A stretch of DNA of 64,000 bases, from NCBI GenBank assembly GCA_048938105.1, contig JBHLMN010000004.1:192001-256000 (forward strand), read 5' to 3'. Below the pieces are notes generated by a model that saw nothing but the letters and a program-made list of their open reading frames with translations, was not told where the DNA came from and did not search any database. Positions within the stretch are counted from its first letter, which is position 1. Each line of letters begins with the position of its first letter. Shown here piece after piece: positions 50,480 through 60,098 of this stretch. This DNA comes from Promethearchaeota archaeon. GTDB lineage: Archaea; Asgardarchaeota; Heimdallarchaeia; Hodarchaeales; Hodarchaeaceae. The position numbers and the translations under genes were made by a program.

Positions 50480-53400
50480 TCAACTACTTTTTCTTTTTAG
50501 TCGTCTGATGGTAACGATAGATGAGAGGATTGTCAATAATGCAGCAACAGTCCATCCAGGTGTAATATTTGGTGTGGATGTAGCAGTTGAAGAAGACTCT
50601 TCTTCCGTTGTTGTGGTAGTTGTCGTAGAACTCGTTGTTTCAATGGGAAGGATCTGACGTGGTTTTTCATAAGCATAAGCATATAAGCTAACCATATCAT
50701 CCAATATTCGTGCCCGACCATCAAATATTGTAATAAAGAAGTATACTTGGTAGCCCTCTGTTCCAGTTAAATCCCATTTTTTAACCCATCCATACCATTT
50801 ACCCTCAATGACATCTGTTTTGAAGGAACCCCAGAAAATTTGTTTTACATCGAATTTCATTGTGGTATAATCCAAGTATAGGACGATTACACGTATATCA
50901 AAGTCCACAGAACCAGACTGACTGAATAAGAATTCATAACCAATATCGATAGAATCTGGTCGGTCCTCATAATAATCCTCATGGATTGGCTCCCATTCAA
51001 ACTCTACACCTTGATAGGCGGTGACGCCGGTCCATTCGATGCATTCCTCAACCTCTATATTTGAAGTATAAATGCTAAGATCTGCCAATGCCACAGAGAT
51101 GTTGTAATCTCCTGTATATATTGCTGACCATGAGATATTTATCGAATACCAAGAGCCTTCTTGTACATCTTCAGAAAAGAACTCGTACAAATAAGTGTAA
51201 ATCTCTTGCCAATCCTGATCCTCCTCATCCCAATATTCGACTTTCAGCCTAGCGAGAAGGAATACGGGGCCAGATTTACTGAAAGTCATATCGAAACCAA
51301 CTTCAATGGTATCAGTTAATCCATCAGTATCTGCATCGTACTCATTGTACCACATATCCCAATCTTTGATAAGATGATATTTACAGGCATCATACCACTC
51401 AATCGTTTCGTCGATTAAATGCCAGTAAGTGGTATAGTCATAAATGCTTATTTCAAACTTGAAATCTCCATCTTTACTCGCTGGCCAGCGGAAAGAAATA
51501 GTTTCCAAATCACCAGCAGTCACATGTTTTTGGAAAAGTTGACTATAATAAGTAATCTCTTCCCAATATTCTTGTTGTTCGTTCCAGTGTCTAATCTCTG
51601 CGAAAAGAGACAGTTGGGCCTCTCCACTAAATGTGAACCTGATGTCGTACCCGATTTCGATGGTATCATTACAACCATCGTTGTCTTCATCGTATTCCTT
51701 GATCCAACTTTCCCAGCTGTCAAGAGCTTCAAATGTATAGGCATTATTCCACTGAATGGTGTCTTCAATAAAATTTCCTCTACTTTCACCATATATCTCT
51801 ATTTCAATCTCATAATCTCCATCTTGCCAAGCTGACCACTCAAACGATATATAGTACCAAATGTCCGTTGTTACTTCTCCCGTAAAAGCATCATAATAGG
51901 ACTCAAGATAGCTCCATTCATTATAATCCGTATCCCAGTATTTGATCCTTGCTCTAAGGTGTAAGGTCATTGATCCTGTAATACTGAATAATATATCGAA
52001 ACCAATCTCAATGGTGTCATCGTACCCATCCGTGTCTTTATCGGATTCTATGTACCACCTGTCCCAATCTTTAATGGGGTTATAAGCACAGTCAGCATAC
52101 CACTCGAAGCTTTCCTCTATTAGAGGGATATCATAATTCCTCTCCTCAGCTTCAACATTGAATTTGTATTTTCCGCTATACCACGCTTGCCACCGGAAAA
52201 CCCAAGTATGTTGATCACCAGAAGTCACATCCTCATCGATATAATCATAATAGTCATCAATCCAGTCCCAGTCTCCATTTTCCCAGTATTCGATTTCCAC
52301 ACGAATGCGTATATACACCTCACCAGTATAACTGAACTTGAATTCATACCCCAATTCAAAGGTATCATCACAACCATCGTTGTCATCATCGTGTTCCATA
52401 GTCCAACTGGTCCAACTATCTAAGAGAGTAAAAACGCATGCACCAGTCCAAACGACCCATTCCTCGATTAGAACTCTTTCGGAATATTCATCACGAATTA
52501 TTATCGAAAAGTTATAATCACCGTCATTCCACGCTGACCATTGGAGAGAGACATTATACACTTCCCCTGCGGACACATCTACCCAAAAATATTCATATTC
52601 AGAGTCAACTTGTGTCCAATATCCATCCCAATAATAGATTTCTATCCACATTTCTAATTCTACTTGGGTAGAACATGAAAAATTGAGTGAATATTCTATT
52701 AAAATAGTATCCTCACAACCATCACCGTCTTTATCAGACTTATCAACCCATCTGTTATAATCATAAAAATACGAAAACGACGATGCATCATTCCAAGCAA
52801 CAAAGTCTTCAATTATCATTTTATCAGTATCATAACTACGAATTTCGATAGAGAAGTTGTAATCACCATCGTACCAGGCTGACCACAGGAAAGACATGTT
52901 ATACACTTCCCCTGCGGTCACATATTCCCAAAAATATTCATATTCAGTGTCAATATAATCCCAATACATGTCCCAGTAATAGATTTCAATCCTAAATTGT
53001 AAGTCCACCCAGCCAGAAAGAGTGAAATTTAAAAAGTACCAGATATAAATAGTATCATTTGAATAGTCCCCATTTCTATCATATTCGACAATCCACCTTT
53101 CCCAGTCATTGAGATATATAAACTCTGAAGCATCATTCCAGGTTATTGTCTCTTCTATAACTTCTTTGTCAATCGAATAATCATAAACTGTAATTGAAAA
53201 GCTATAATTACCATCGTACCATGCTCCCCATTGGTAAGACCATATGTATGTTTCTCCTGGTTTCACATATGGTTCAAACCAGTCATAGTCGCCATCGAGA
53301 TAATCCCAGCCCTGGTCCCAATAGTAGATCTCAATTTCGATTCTAAATTCAATCCATTCAGTGACGGTGAAATCAGAGAATTCGTAAAAAATTTCAATCG

Positions 53401-53659
53401 TATCGTACTTGCCATCTGAATCATTATCGTATTCATCGTACCAACTCGACCAAGAAAAGTCGACAGTTGTGGTTTCAGTAATAGATACTTCGTTTGAAGA
53501 TTGTTGAGATTCTATTTCTGCGTTTGATATTTGAGATTGATCCGCTAGAGGTTTTACATTGTCTGATCCAGTAACTAAAGAATTGAATGGCATAAGTATA
53601 CCCAAACAAAGAATTATTAAAATCAAAGAAGAAATATAATTCCATTTTCGAATCAACAT
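50480..53659 (-). CDS. Paralogous large Trp-rich DxDxDG-repeat surface protein (copy B)
   Basis: Colinear with 46915-50118 along its entire length. Confidence 0.9.
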   Translation of the reverse strand: MLIRKWNYISSLILIILCLGILMPFNSLVTGSDNVKPLADQSQISNAEIESQQSSNEVSITETTTVDFSWSSWYDEYDNDSDGKYDTIEIFYEFSDFTVTEWIEFRIEIEIYYWDQGWDYLDGDYDWFEPYVKPGETYIWSYQWGAWYDGNYSFSITVYDYSIDKEVIEETITWNDASEFIYLNDWERWIVEYDRNGDYSNDTIYIWYFLNFTLSGWVDLQFRIEIYYWDMYWDYIDTEYEYFWEYVTAGEVYNMSFLWSAWYDGDYNFSIEIRSYDTDKMIIEDFVAWNDASSFSYFYDYNRWVDKSDKDGDGCEDTILIEYSLNFSCSTQVELEMWIEIYYWDGYWTQVDSEYEYFWVDVSAGEVYNVSLQWSAWNDGDYNFSIIIRDEYSERVLIEEWVVWTGACVFTLLDSWTSWTMEHDDDNDGCDDTFELGYEFKFSYTGEVYIRIRVEIEYWENGDWDWIDDYYDYIDEDVTSGDQHTWVFRWQAWYSGKYKFNVEAEERNYDIPLIEESFEWYADCAYNPIKDWDRWYIESDKDTDGYDDTIEIGFDILFSITGSMTLHLRARIKYWDTDYNEWSYLESYYDAFTGEVTTDIWYYISFEWSAWQDGDYEIEIEIYGESRGNFIEDTIQWNNAYTFEALDSWESWIKEYDEDNDGCNDTIEIGYDIRFTFSGEAQLSLFAEIRHWNEQQEYWEEITYYSQLFQKHVTAGDLETISFRWPASKDGDFKFEISIYDYTTYWHLIDETIEWYDACKYHLIKDWDMWYNEYDADTDGLTDTIEVGFDMTFSKSGPVFLLARLKVEYWDEEDQDWQEIYTYLYEFFSEDVQEGSWYSINISWSAIYTGDYNISVALADLSIYTSNIEVEECIEWTGVTAYQGVEFEWEPIHEDYYEDRPDSIDIGYEFLFSQSGSVDFDIRVIVLYLDYTTMKFDVKQIFWGSFKTDVIEGKWYGWVKKWDLTGTEGYQVYFFITIFDGRARILDDMVSLYAYAYEKPRQILPIETTSSTTTTTTTEEESSSTATSTPNITPGWTVAALLTILSSIVTIRRLKRKSS

Positions 53660-54068
53660 TTTTTTAGCTCTCCTTCTCTTTTACCTACTGAAATAGTCAA
53701 TAATGTGAGTAATAATAGTTAAATTGTTATTTAAAGTTAACTATTAGAATAAGCTCAGCTCAATTGGATTTAACCCTTATTCTTATTTTCTTTACTAGAG
53801 AAAAGAACAGTGGATTATATGAAGCCTCTAAATATTATAGTACGTTTTAAACACTGAAAAATATTGTCTAATAAGATATTCGGCGTTTTGAAATTGATTT
53901 ATAATACTTAAGATAATTTCCGTTATTTTATTTAGTGGATTCTGATCCTTCTTTAGCTAATAAAAATCCATCTTGCACTCTAGTGCTAACTTCTATACTT
54001 CATTAACATTGATTTCTGGATTTTCTCCTTCAATCCCAATTAGAGTAATAGAATTAGAGTTATTGACA

Positions 54069-55892
54069 TTACTTGACAATAACGCCGTCTTCCATAATAA
54101 TCTGCCTTTGAGCATATGCAGCGATATCTTCTTCGTGGGTTATGACGATAATAGTGGTCCTGGTTTCTTCATGGAATTTTTTGAGTAAATCCATAACTTG
54201 TTTCCCTGTAACTGAATCTAAATCTCCCGTAGGCTCATCAGCAAAGATAATTGAAGGGCGATTGGTGAGAGCACGAGCTATTGCTACACGTTGCATCTGG
54301 CCACCACTTAATTGTGCAGGGAACTGCTTTGCTTGTTGGTCAATACCCACTCCAACTAGTAAATCCTCTATACGTTTTTTAATTCCCTTAGTTAATCCTC
54401 CAGCTAGATCTGCTGGCAGACTAACATTCTCTCGTGTATCGAAATGAGGTAACAACGCATAACTTTGAAAGATAAATCCCATCGACCTCAAACGTAATTC
54501 AGATTTTTCAGAATCTTTGAGTCGATGGAGATCTTGCCCCCTAAAATAAACAGCACCATGATCAGGAGTATCAAGACTCGCCATACAATTTAGTAATGTC
54601 GTTTTCCCCGCACCTGAACTACCAACGATCGCAACAAATTCTCCTTCCTTGACATCAAGGTTCACTCCACGTACTGCGTAAACTGTGGTACGACCCAAAT
54701 TATAATTCTTAAATAGTCCTCTCACTGCAAGAATTACATCTTCGTCGATTCTCTCCTGTGCTGTGTCTGCATTAGTAAGTAATTGAGTATTAAAGCTAAA
54801 AAATGGGAGATCTGAACCAAAATAGTCTGACCAAATTTTCAACATTTCCGCTTCTACAAAAAGATCAATGCTCAATTCGCTCATTGAGGTCAATGCCTGC
54901 TTAAAATCTTTGACAGATTCCGCAGTTCTGACTCCATTTACTCCTTCATCAAGGTAATCTCGAATACATAACTGACATCGTTGAATTAATTCACCAACCT
55001 CTTGGAGTTTTGATTTCCCAGTCTGAATCTCTTCCGAAATTTGAGTAAGAGCTGTATTAAAGTCGAGAAAGTCACTTTTTAAATTGTATTGAGTCAAGGA
55101 CATATGCGGAATGTCGAATAGAATGAAAATACGATAAATTAAATTCTCTAACTCTTGGAGAGCACTTAATTTAGCTACTAGAATACGTAAAAAAAGCTCG
55201 AATTTTGATTGTAATTTCTGATCATTAGTTTTATAATGTTGTTTTAGGATTTCTTGTTCCAATTGCTTAAGAATAGCATTCATTTCGTCTAGCCGCTGAA
55301 TCGTTGGTTTTAAGAAAGTTACAAAGAAATTAGCTATAAGCATTTGATCAACTATATTACCAATATTCATTGGAACTTCTATTGTCTTACCAGTAAACAC
55401 AGGAAAATCGAAACCAGGTAAATAAAACCGATAATCTTGAGTCTCATTAATATCCCAAAGGATAATAAAGCTCTTTGTGCTAAGTTCACAAAAAATTTTT
55501 GGTAAATCTGTATTGATTTTCTTTAATTGGGAGTCAAACTTTTTAGGGAGACTCGAATCGATTTCTTTAATGAAATTCTTAACGATTTGAGATGTTTCAC
55601 GTAATTCCTGATTATCTGTTAAATACTCTCGATATCGTGCTTCAATATTCTTGTTGTATTTAGCAAATCGCTTGTAAATGCTTCCTTTTTCAATTTTTTC
55701 GATTAATTTTGGATTATAAGTCCCATTCTTCTTTTCAGCAGATACAAAAATAAATGTATTCAATTCTTGGCTTCTTATAGTCTCCCTACGAGTATGTAGG
55801 ATTTTTCTAAGATCTGATGCGACCTTCATACGTAATTCATTGTTAATGGATCTTAGGGGTTTATCAATTAAAGCAGCTGTATAGACTTTCAT
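54069..55892 (-). CDS. ABC ATP-binding protein (LolD/MacB family) with ~385-aa N-terminal extra domain
   Basis: C-terminal GSSGAGKTT, LSGGQMQR, FADEPTGDLD; long soluble helical N-terminus. Confidence 0.9.
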   Translation of the reverse strand: MKVYTAALIDKPLRSINNELRMKVASDLRKILHTRRETIRSQELNTFIFVSAEKKNGTYNPKLIEKIEKGSIYKRFAKYNKNIEARYREYLTDNQELRETSQIVKNFIKEIDSSLPKKFDSQLKKINTDLPKIFCELSTKSFIILWDINETQDYRFYLPGFDFPVFTGKTIEVPMNIGNIVDQMLIANFFVTFLKPTIQRLDEMNAILKQLEQEILKQHYKTNDQKLQSKFELFLRILVAKLSALQELENLIYRIFILFDIPHMSLTQYNLKSDFLDFNTALTQISEEIQTGKSKLQEVGELIQRCQLCIRDYLDEGVNGVRTAESVKDFKQALTSMSELSIDLFVEAEMLKIWSDYFGSDLPFFSFNTQLLTNADTAQERIDEDVILAVRGLFKNYNLGRTTVYAVRGVNLDVKEGEFVAIVGSSGAGKTTLLNCMASLDTPDHGAVYFRGQDLHRLKDSEKSELRLRSMGFIFQSYALLPHFDTRENVSLPADLAGGLTKGIKKRIEDLLVGVGIDQQAKQFPAQLSGGQMQRVAIARALTNRPSIIFADEPTGDLDSVTGKQVMDLLKKFHEETRTTIIVITHEEDIAAYAQRQIIMEDGVIVK

Positions 55893-55894
55893 GA

Positions 55895-56656
55895 TTAATC
55901 CTCCGAAAAAGGGCCATATTCAACATGTGATATCTTACCATCAAGCATATGAACAATATAATCACATTTCTCTGCGATCCAACGATTATGAGTAACAAGA
56001 ACGAATGTTTGGCGGTTAATTTTATTGATTCGTCGGAAGAGAGTCATCACTTCTGCACTGGTTGTAGAATCAAGGTCACCAGTGGGTTCATCCCCGAGTA
56101 TTATAGCTGGCTCGTTGATTAATGCTCTAGCGACAGCTACTCGCTGTTGTTGTCCTCCTGAGAGTTCTAAAGGATCATGGTACAATCTATCGCCCATTCC
56201 AAGGTCTCGTAAAAGCATCTTGGCTTGTTCTCTTGCAACAGCTGAATTTAATCCTTTTAGAAGTAATGGGGTCTCAACGTTTTCCACAGCGGTAAGAAAT
56301 GGGAATAAATTAAACAATTGAAAAATGAAACCAATATTATCTCTTCGAAAAGCCGTCATTTCACCATCTGATAGCTTATTCGTGTCTATATTATCTATAA
56401 TAATTTCTCCACCAGAATTTTTGTCCAAATGTCCAATCATATTCAACAGTGTGGTCTTACCACATCCTGAGGGTCCCATAATAGCCATCATGTCTCCCCT
56501 TTTAACGTCAAGGTCGATACCTCTGAGAGCATGGACTTCATTCGATTTGCTTTCATTGTATTTCTTATGTAATCCTCTTATTTGTAAGATGGGTTGTGAT
56601 TCGTCATAAATATGGAACTTAATACCATCAATAATCATATCTTCAACACGAGACAT
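55895..56656 (-). CDS. ABC ATP-binding protein (LolD/MacB family)
   Basis: GPSGCGKTT, LSGGQQQR, LGDEPTGDLD. Confidence 0.95.
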   Translation of the reverse strand: MSRVEDMIIDGIKFHIYDESQPILQIRGLHKKYNESKSNEVHALRGIDLDVKRGDMMAIMGPSGCGKTTLLNMIGHLDKNSGGEIIIDNIDTNKLSDGEMTAFRRDNIGFIFQLFNLFPFLTAVENVETPLLLKGLNSAVAREQAKMLLRDLGMGDRLYHDPLELSGGQQQRVAVARALINEPAIILGDEPTGDLDSTTSAEVMTLFRRINKINRQTFVLVTHNRWIAEKCDYIVHMLDGKISHVEYGPFSED

Positions 56657-56671
56657 TTCTTTACCTCCAAA

Positions 56672-59600
56672 TCAACCTACATATCTTAAAGCTTCCGCTG
56701 CAGGTATCCTAGAAGCGACCCATCCTGGGATCGCTCCCGCAAGTAAGCCAATAAAGGTAATAAGGGACAAATAGGCACCAATTGTACCCCAGGGAATAAC
56801 TACAGGGACATCCATCATATTTGCAAAACCGACATTGATAAACAAGCCATTCACAACACCAATGATGAGGCCTATAATTCCAAGGACTAATAATTCTAAT
56901 AAGGCTGCTAACATCACTTGGAGTCGTGGAAAACCTATTGCCCGCATCATTCCGATTTCACGTTTCCTTTCCGCTACATTCCGTACAGAGATCACGGCCA
57001 TCCCAACAGCCCCAATAATAAGACCAAAATTCACATAAATTTGAAGAAAGTTAGTCATTTGTTCCATCATTTCAAGCTCTGCTTCCAACTTGGAATAAAG
57101 CGATGTGGCGGTTACTACAATGAATTCATCATTGATTAGTTTCCGATATCCCGACTTCTCAGTATTTGTGAACTCTTCAATCTTCCTCGCGATGTCCTCT
57201 ATTGCTGGGTCATCAATCGCATGACTTGTCTTAAGTAGGAAAGTGTCAAATTGATTTGGGGCTCTTGATGTTGGTGTTTTACCATCTGCTTCCCCAAAAA
57301 AATTCGTATATTTTGAAAATCGCCCAGGAATATAAATATTCCCCAATTGGCTTCCAAAACCATCACTTGAGAAGCCTTCTGCAAAACCAGAAGAAGAGAG
57401 AGGAAATCCACCTGCGCGGCTGCTATCGAGTTTCCCACCAATGGTAAACGGTTGATAAACTGGGAATCCATAAATTGAAGTGTTCATAGGAATCCAGATC
57501 TGCATCCCGATAGGTAGAATAAATGAATCTGTGAAAACTATAGGATTTGTAGTATTTAGTTTCTCTATTTCATCCAATTTTTGCGAGAAAAGTTCACTCA
57601 TTTGAGAGAAATCAAAATCAGATAAAGTTTCCAAATCAAAGGATATATTATAAGCTGTCATCTTGTACGATGGATCAAAAAAGGCATCCCAAGCTTCCTT
57701 AGATAGATCTAGCAGTTCTTCATCAGAATACTCTGCTCCTCCAGTAAATCCCATTCCAGATGATACCATATCTGGAGGTCGAACACCATCCGGATATCCT
57801 GTTAGATAAAAATCATATCTCCAATTGTCTTCTGAAGCATTTGTTGCTTCTCCACGGATTTGTTCAGGTCGTAATTCCCCAAAACCAATTGGTAGGAGAT
57901 GAGATTGTTTATTAAATCCTGGTGAATAAGGATCTTTTGTTGCAACGAACTTGGTATAATCAGTTGTTGTAGTAAAAGTTTTCATTCCAATTATGTCCGT
58001 TATACTGGTATCGAGCTTATATAATTCCTCTGTATATGATGTATTATCAAGAACTGCTTCGGGTTTACTCAAAGTAGCAATTAAATCAATACCACGTGAA
58101 TCCTCTTCAGATTGTCCTACGGTACTCCCAACGTTAGTTGCCACCAACGAAGCTACAGTAACATTCAATGTTAGGACAACTGCAAAAATTGCAAAAGTAA
58201 GTGTTGAACGTGTCTTATGAGACGAAATGAGTGCTGGAGCAACTTGCGCTACACCTTTAAGACCACTAATCTTAATCAAACTTCCCCTGAGAAACCGCAT
58301 CAATGGAGAAAGGTTCATTCCTACAATCAATACAGATCCTACAACTATTTCAATAATACTAATGATTAAAATATCCAATGCTTCTCCAGATAAGTCAGAT
58401 ATCCATCCTTCACCCATTGCAACAACGAACATAAATACTGGGATCAACCAGAGGACAATAGCACTAAGGTTGAAGGCTTTAGTGCGACTAATATATCGAG
58501 ATAAAATAATTCCAATACCTGAAAAGAAAAGTCCAGCTCCTAGGAGAATATTTTCCCATTCTTTAATGCTATCCCAACCAGCTGTTTCCCAAATATACTG
58601 TAGCTCTTTATTGAAGAAACCATTATTTAAGAGTATTATAGATCCTACAAAGGTTAGAAGTAACCCTACTAAAACCAAGTTACGACTAGATTTCTTTTGA
58701 AACATTATCTTGATCCCTCTCAGAGCTTCCACAATATTTACTCGGGAAGCTCGTAAGGCGGGAAGTAAACCTGTAATAATTCCCAGAACTACACCTACTA
58801 ATACAGAGAAGATAATAACATTCTGTTTAATTATAGGTTGGACACTAGCACTACCCGAACCAAAGAGGCTCACGAGATAGAGCGCAACTATTTGGCCAAA
58901 GAGTAATCCTCCGACAAGGCCAAGAATTCCTCCAATAATCCCCTGAAAAAGCGTTTCTATTAGCATAGAGTAAAATATTCCCCTTCGTTTCTCACCAACA
59001 GCTCTCATTACTCCTGTTTGGAACTCTCGATCCTCTACAGACATTAATTGTACATTTGTTATAAGAAGAACACCTGTGATAATGATCAGAAGGCCCAATA
59101 CATTTAGAAAAGCCGACATCATATTAAAAATCAAATCAATGATCGCAATATATTGCAAACGCGCGGAATCGATAGCATAGATAGATGTATTTTGTCCTTC
59201 AACTGTTCTTTGTGGTATTACGGCTTCTAAATCGTCAAACTGTTTTTGAAGAAAATCTTCCTTGATTGGAGTTTCAAAATGATCGGTTTGGAAAGTTATA
59301 AGGTAAGAACTAATGATATCCTTATTACGGAATATATCATTCAAACATACCCAATCTTGTAAGCCTTCTAGTGAAAAAAGCATACCCCGATATGAAGCGC
59401 CAATTCCAGGCCGTCTAGAATCAAAAATTCCTGTAATTGAGAGGTCTATCCTTACACTAGAAAAAAGGGGAATGAAAATAGGCATACCAGTGGTTGTGTT
59501 AATAATGGGAAATCCAGTGGTTGGATCTATCATCATGGTGAGTGTAAGGTTAGTAAATTCCGTTGTTAAATTAACAGGGAGCTTGGTGCTCTTATTGAGG

Positions 59601-60076
59601 CCTAAATCCTCGGCAAGAGAGCTCGATATTAAGATGCTAGTATTATCCTTTAATAGTTCGGGAATATCTAGTTTCTTATCTTCAGATCGCCAATTATAAA
59701 AAACTCCAAACTCAGAGGGATAATCAAGAGGGATACCAGCCATTTCAGCCATAGGTTCAAACTGAGAACCCACCATAGCTGGTCCATAAGATTTTAGTTC
59801 TGGCATAACTGCTAATTCATTTTCAACAAGAGAAGTAATATTCTCCTCGTCTGCTGTAGACAAATAATTCCCTGTACTATTTGTAACACGGATATCTACT
59901 TCCCCTTCCCTCACAAGGAGACTGGTGAGAAAAGCATTCTCTAGGGTGTCCGTTGTGATTTGGATACCCACCATCAAGGTGACTCCTAATGTGATTGCAA
60001 GAATTGCACTCAAATTTTTCGTTTTTCTACGAACCAATGCTCTCTTAGCGATTTTTAGACTAGCTATTAATCCCAT
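56672..60076 (-). CDS. Large FtsX/MacB-type ABC permease (two-repeat)
   Basis: EDREFQTGVMRAVG, RASRVNIVEALR, ERKREIGMMRAIG, ASRIPAAEALR. Confidence 0.92.
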   Translation of the reverse strand: MGLIASLKIAKRALVRRKTKNLSAILAITLGVTLMVGIQITTDTLENAFLTSLLVREGEVDIRVTNSTGNYLSTADEENITSLVENELAVMPELKSYGPAMVGSQFEPMAEMAGIPLDYPSEFGVFYNWRSEDKKLDIPELLKDNTSILISSSLAEDLGLNKSTKLPVNLTTEFTNLTLTMMIDPTTGFPIINTTTGMPIFIPLFSSVRIDLSITGIFDSRRPGIGASYRGMLFSLEGLQDWVCLNDIFRNKDIISSYLITFQTDHFETPIKEDFLQKQFDDLEAVIPQRTVEGQNTSIYAIDSARLQYIAIIDLIFNMMSAFLNVLGLLIIITGVLLITNVQLMSVEDREFQTGVMRAVGEKRRGIFYSMLIETLFQGIIGGILGLVGGLLFGQIVALYLVSLFGSGSASVQPIIKQNVIIFSVLVGVVLGIITGLLPALRASRVNIVEALRGIKIMFQKKSSRNLVLVGLLLTFVGSIILLNNGFFNKELQYIWETAGWDSIKEWENILLGAGLFFSGIGIILSRYISRTKAFNLSAIVLWLIPVFMFVVAMGEGWISDLSGEALDILIISIIEIVVGSVLIVGMNLSPLMRFLRGSLIKISGLKGVAQVAPALISSHKTRSTLTFAIFAVVLTLNVTVASLVATNVGSTVGQSEEDSRGIDLIATLSKPEAVLDNTSYTEELYKLDTSITDIIGMKTFTTTTDYTKFVATKDPYSPGFNKQSHLLPIGFGELRPEQIRGEATNASEDNWRYDFYLTGYPDGVRPPDMVSSGMGFTGGAEYSDEELLDLSKEAWDAFFDPSYKMTAYNISFDLETLSDFDFSQMSELFSQKLDEIEKLNTTNPIVFTDSFILPIGMQIWIPMNTSIYGFPVYQPFTIGGKLDSSRAGGFPLSSSGFAEGFSSDGFGSQLGNIYIPGRFSKYTNFFGEADGKTPTSRAPNQFDTFLLKTSHAIDDPAIEDIARKIEEFTNTEKSGYRKLINDEFIVVTATSLYSKLEAELEMMEQMTNFLQIYVNFGLIIGAVGMAVISVRNVAERKREIGMMRAIGFPRLQVMLAALLELLVLGIIGLIIGVVNGLFINVGFANMMDVPVVIPWGTIGAYLSLITFIGLLAGAIPGWVASRIPAAEALRYVG

Positions 60077-60098
60077 AAAAACACCTATTACTGTATAA

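Larger units (their letters stand above)
46731..53749. repeat. Tandem ~3.5-kb duplication (units ~46731-50232 and ~50301-53749)
   Basis: Homology covers the CDS, the downstream intergenic region, the first AKR codons and a promoter motif. Confidence 0.88.

Noticed and set aside
46915-53659. Diversity-generating retroelement (TR/VR pair)
   Set aside because: Both copies are full-length genes, the differences are not adenine-specific, and there is no reverse transcriptase in the window.
2439-59699. Numerous short antisense or out-of-frame ORFs within long genes (e.g. 3537-4022, 15999-16589, 54142-54447, 58227-58700)
   Set aside because: These are shadow ORFs of well-supported genes. Recurring antisense ORFs opposite ABC ATPases reflect conserved sense-strand codons.
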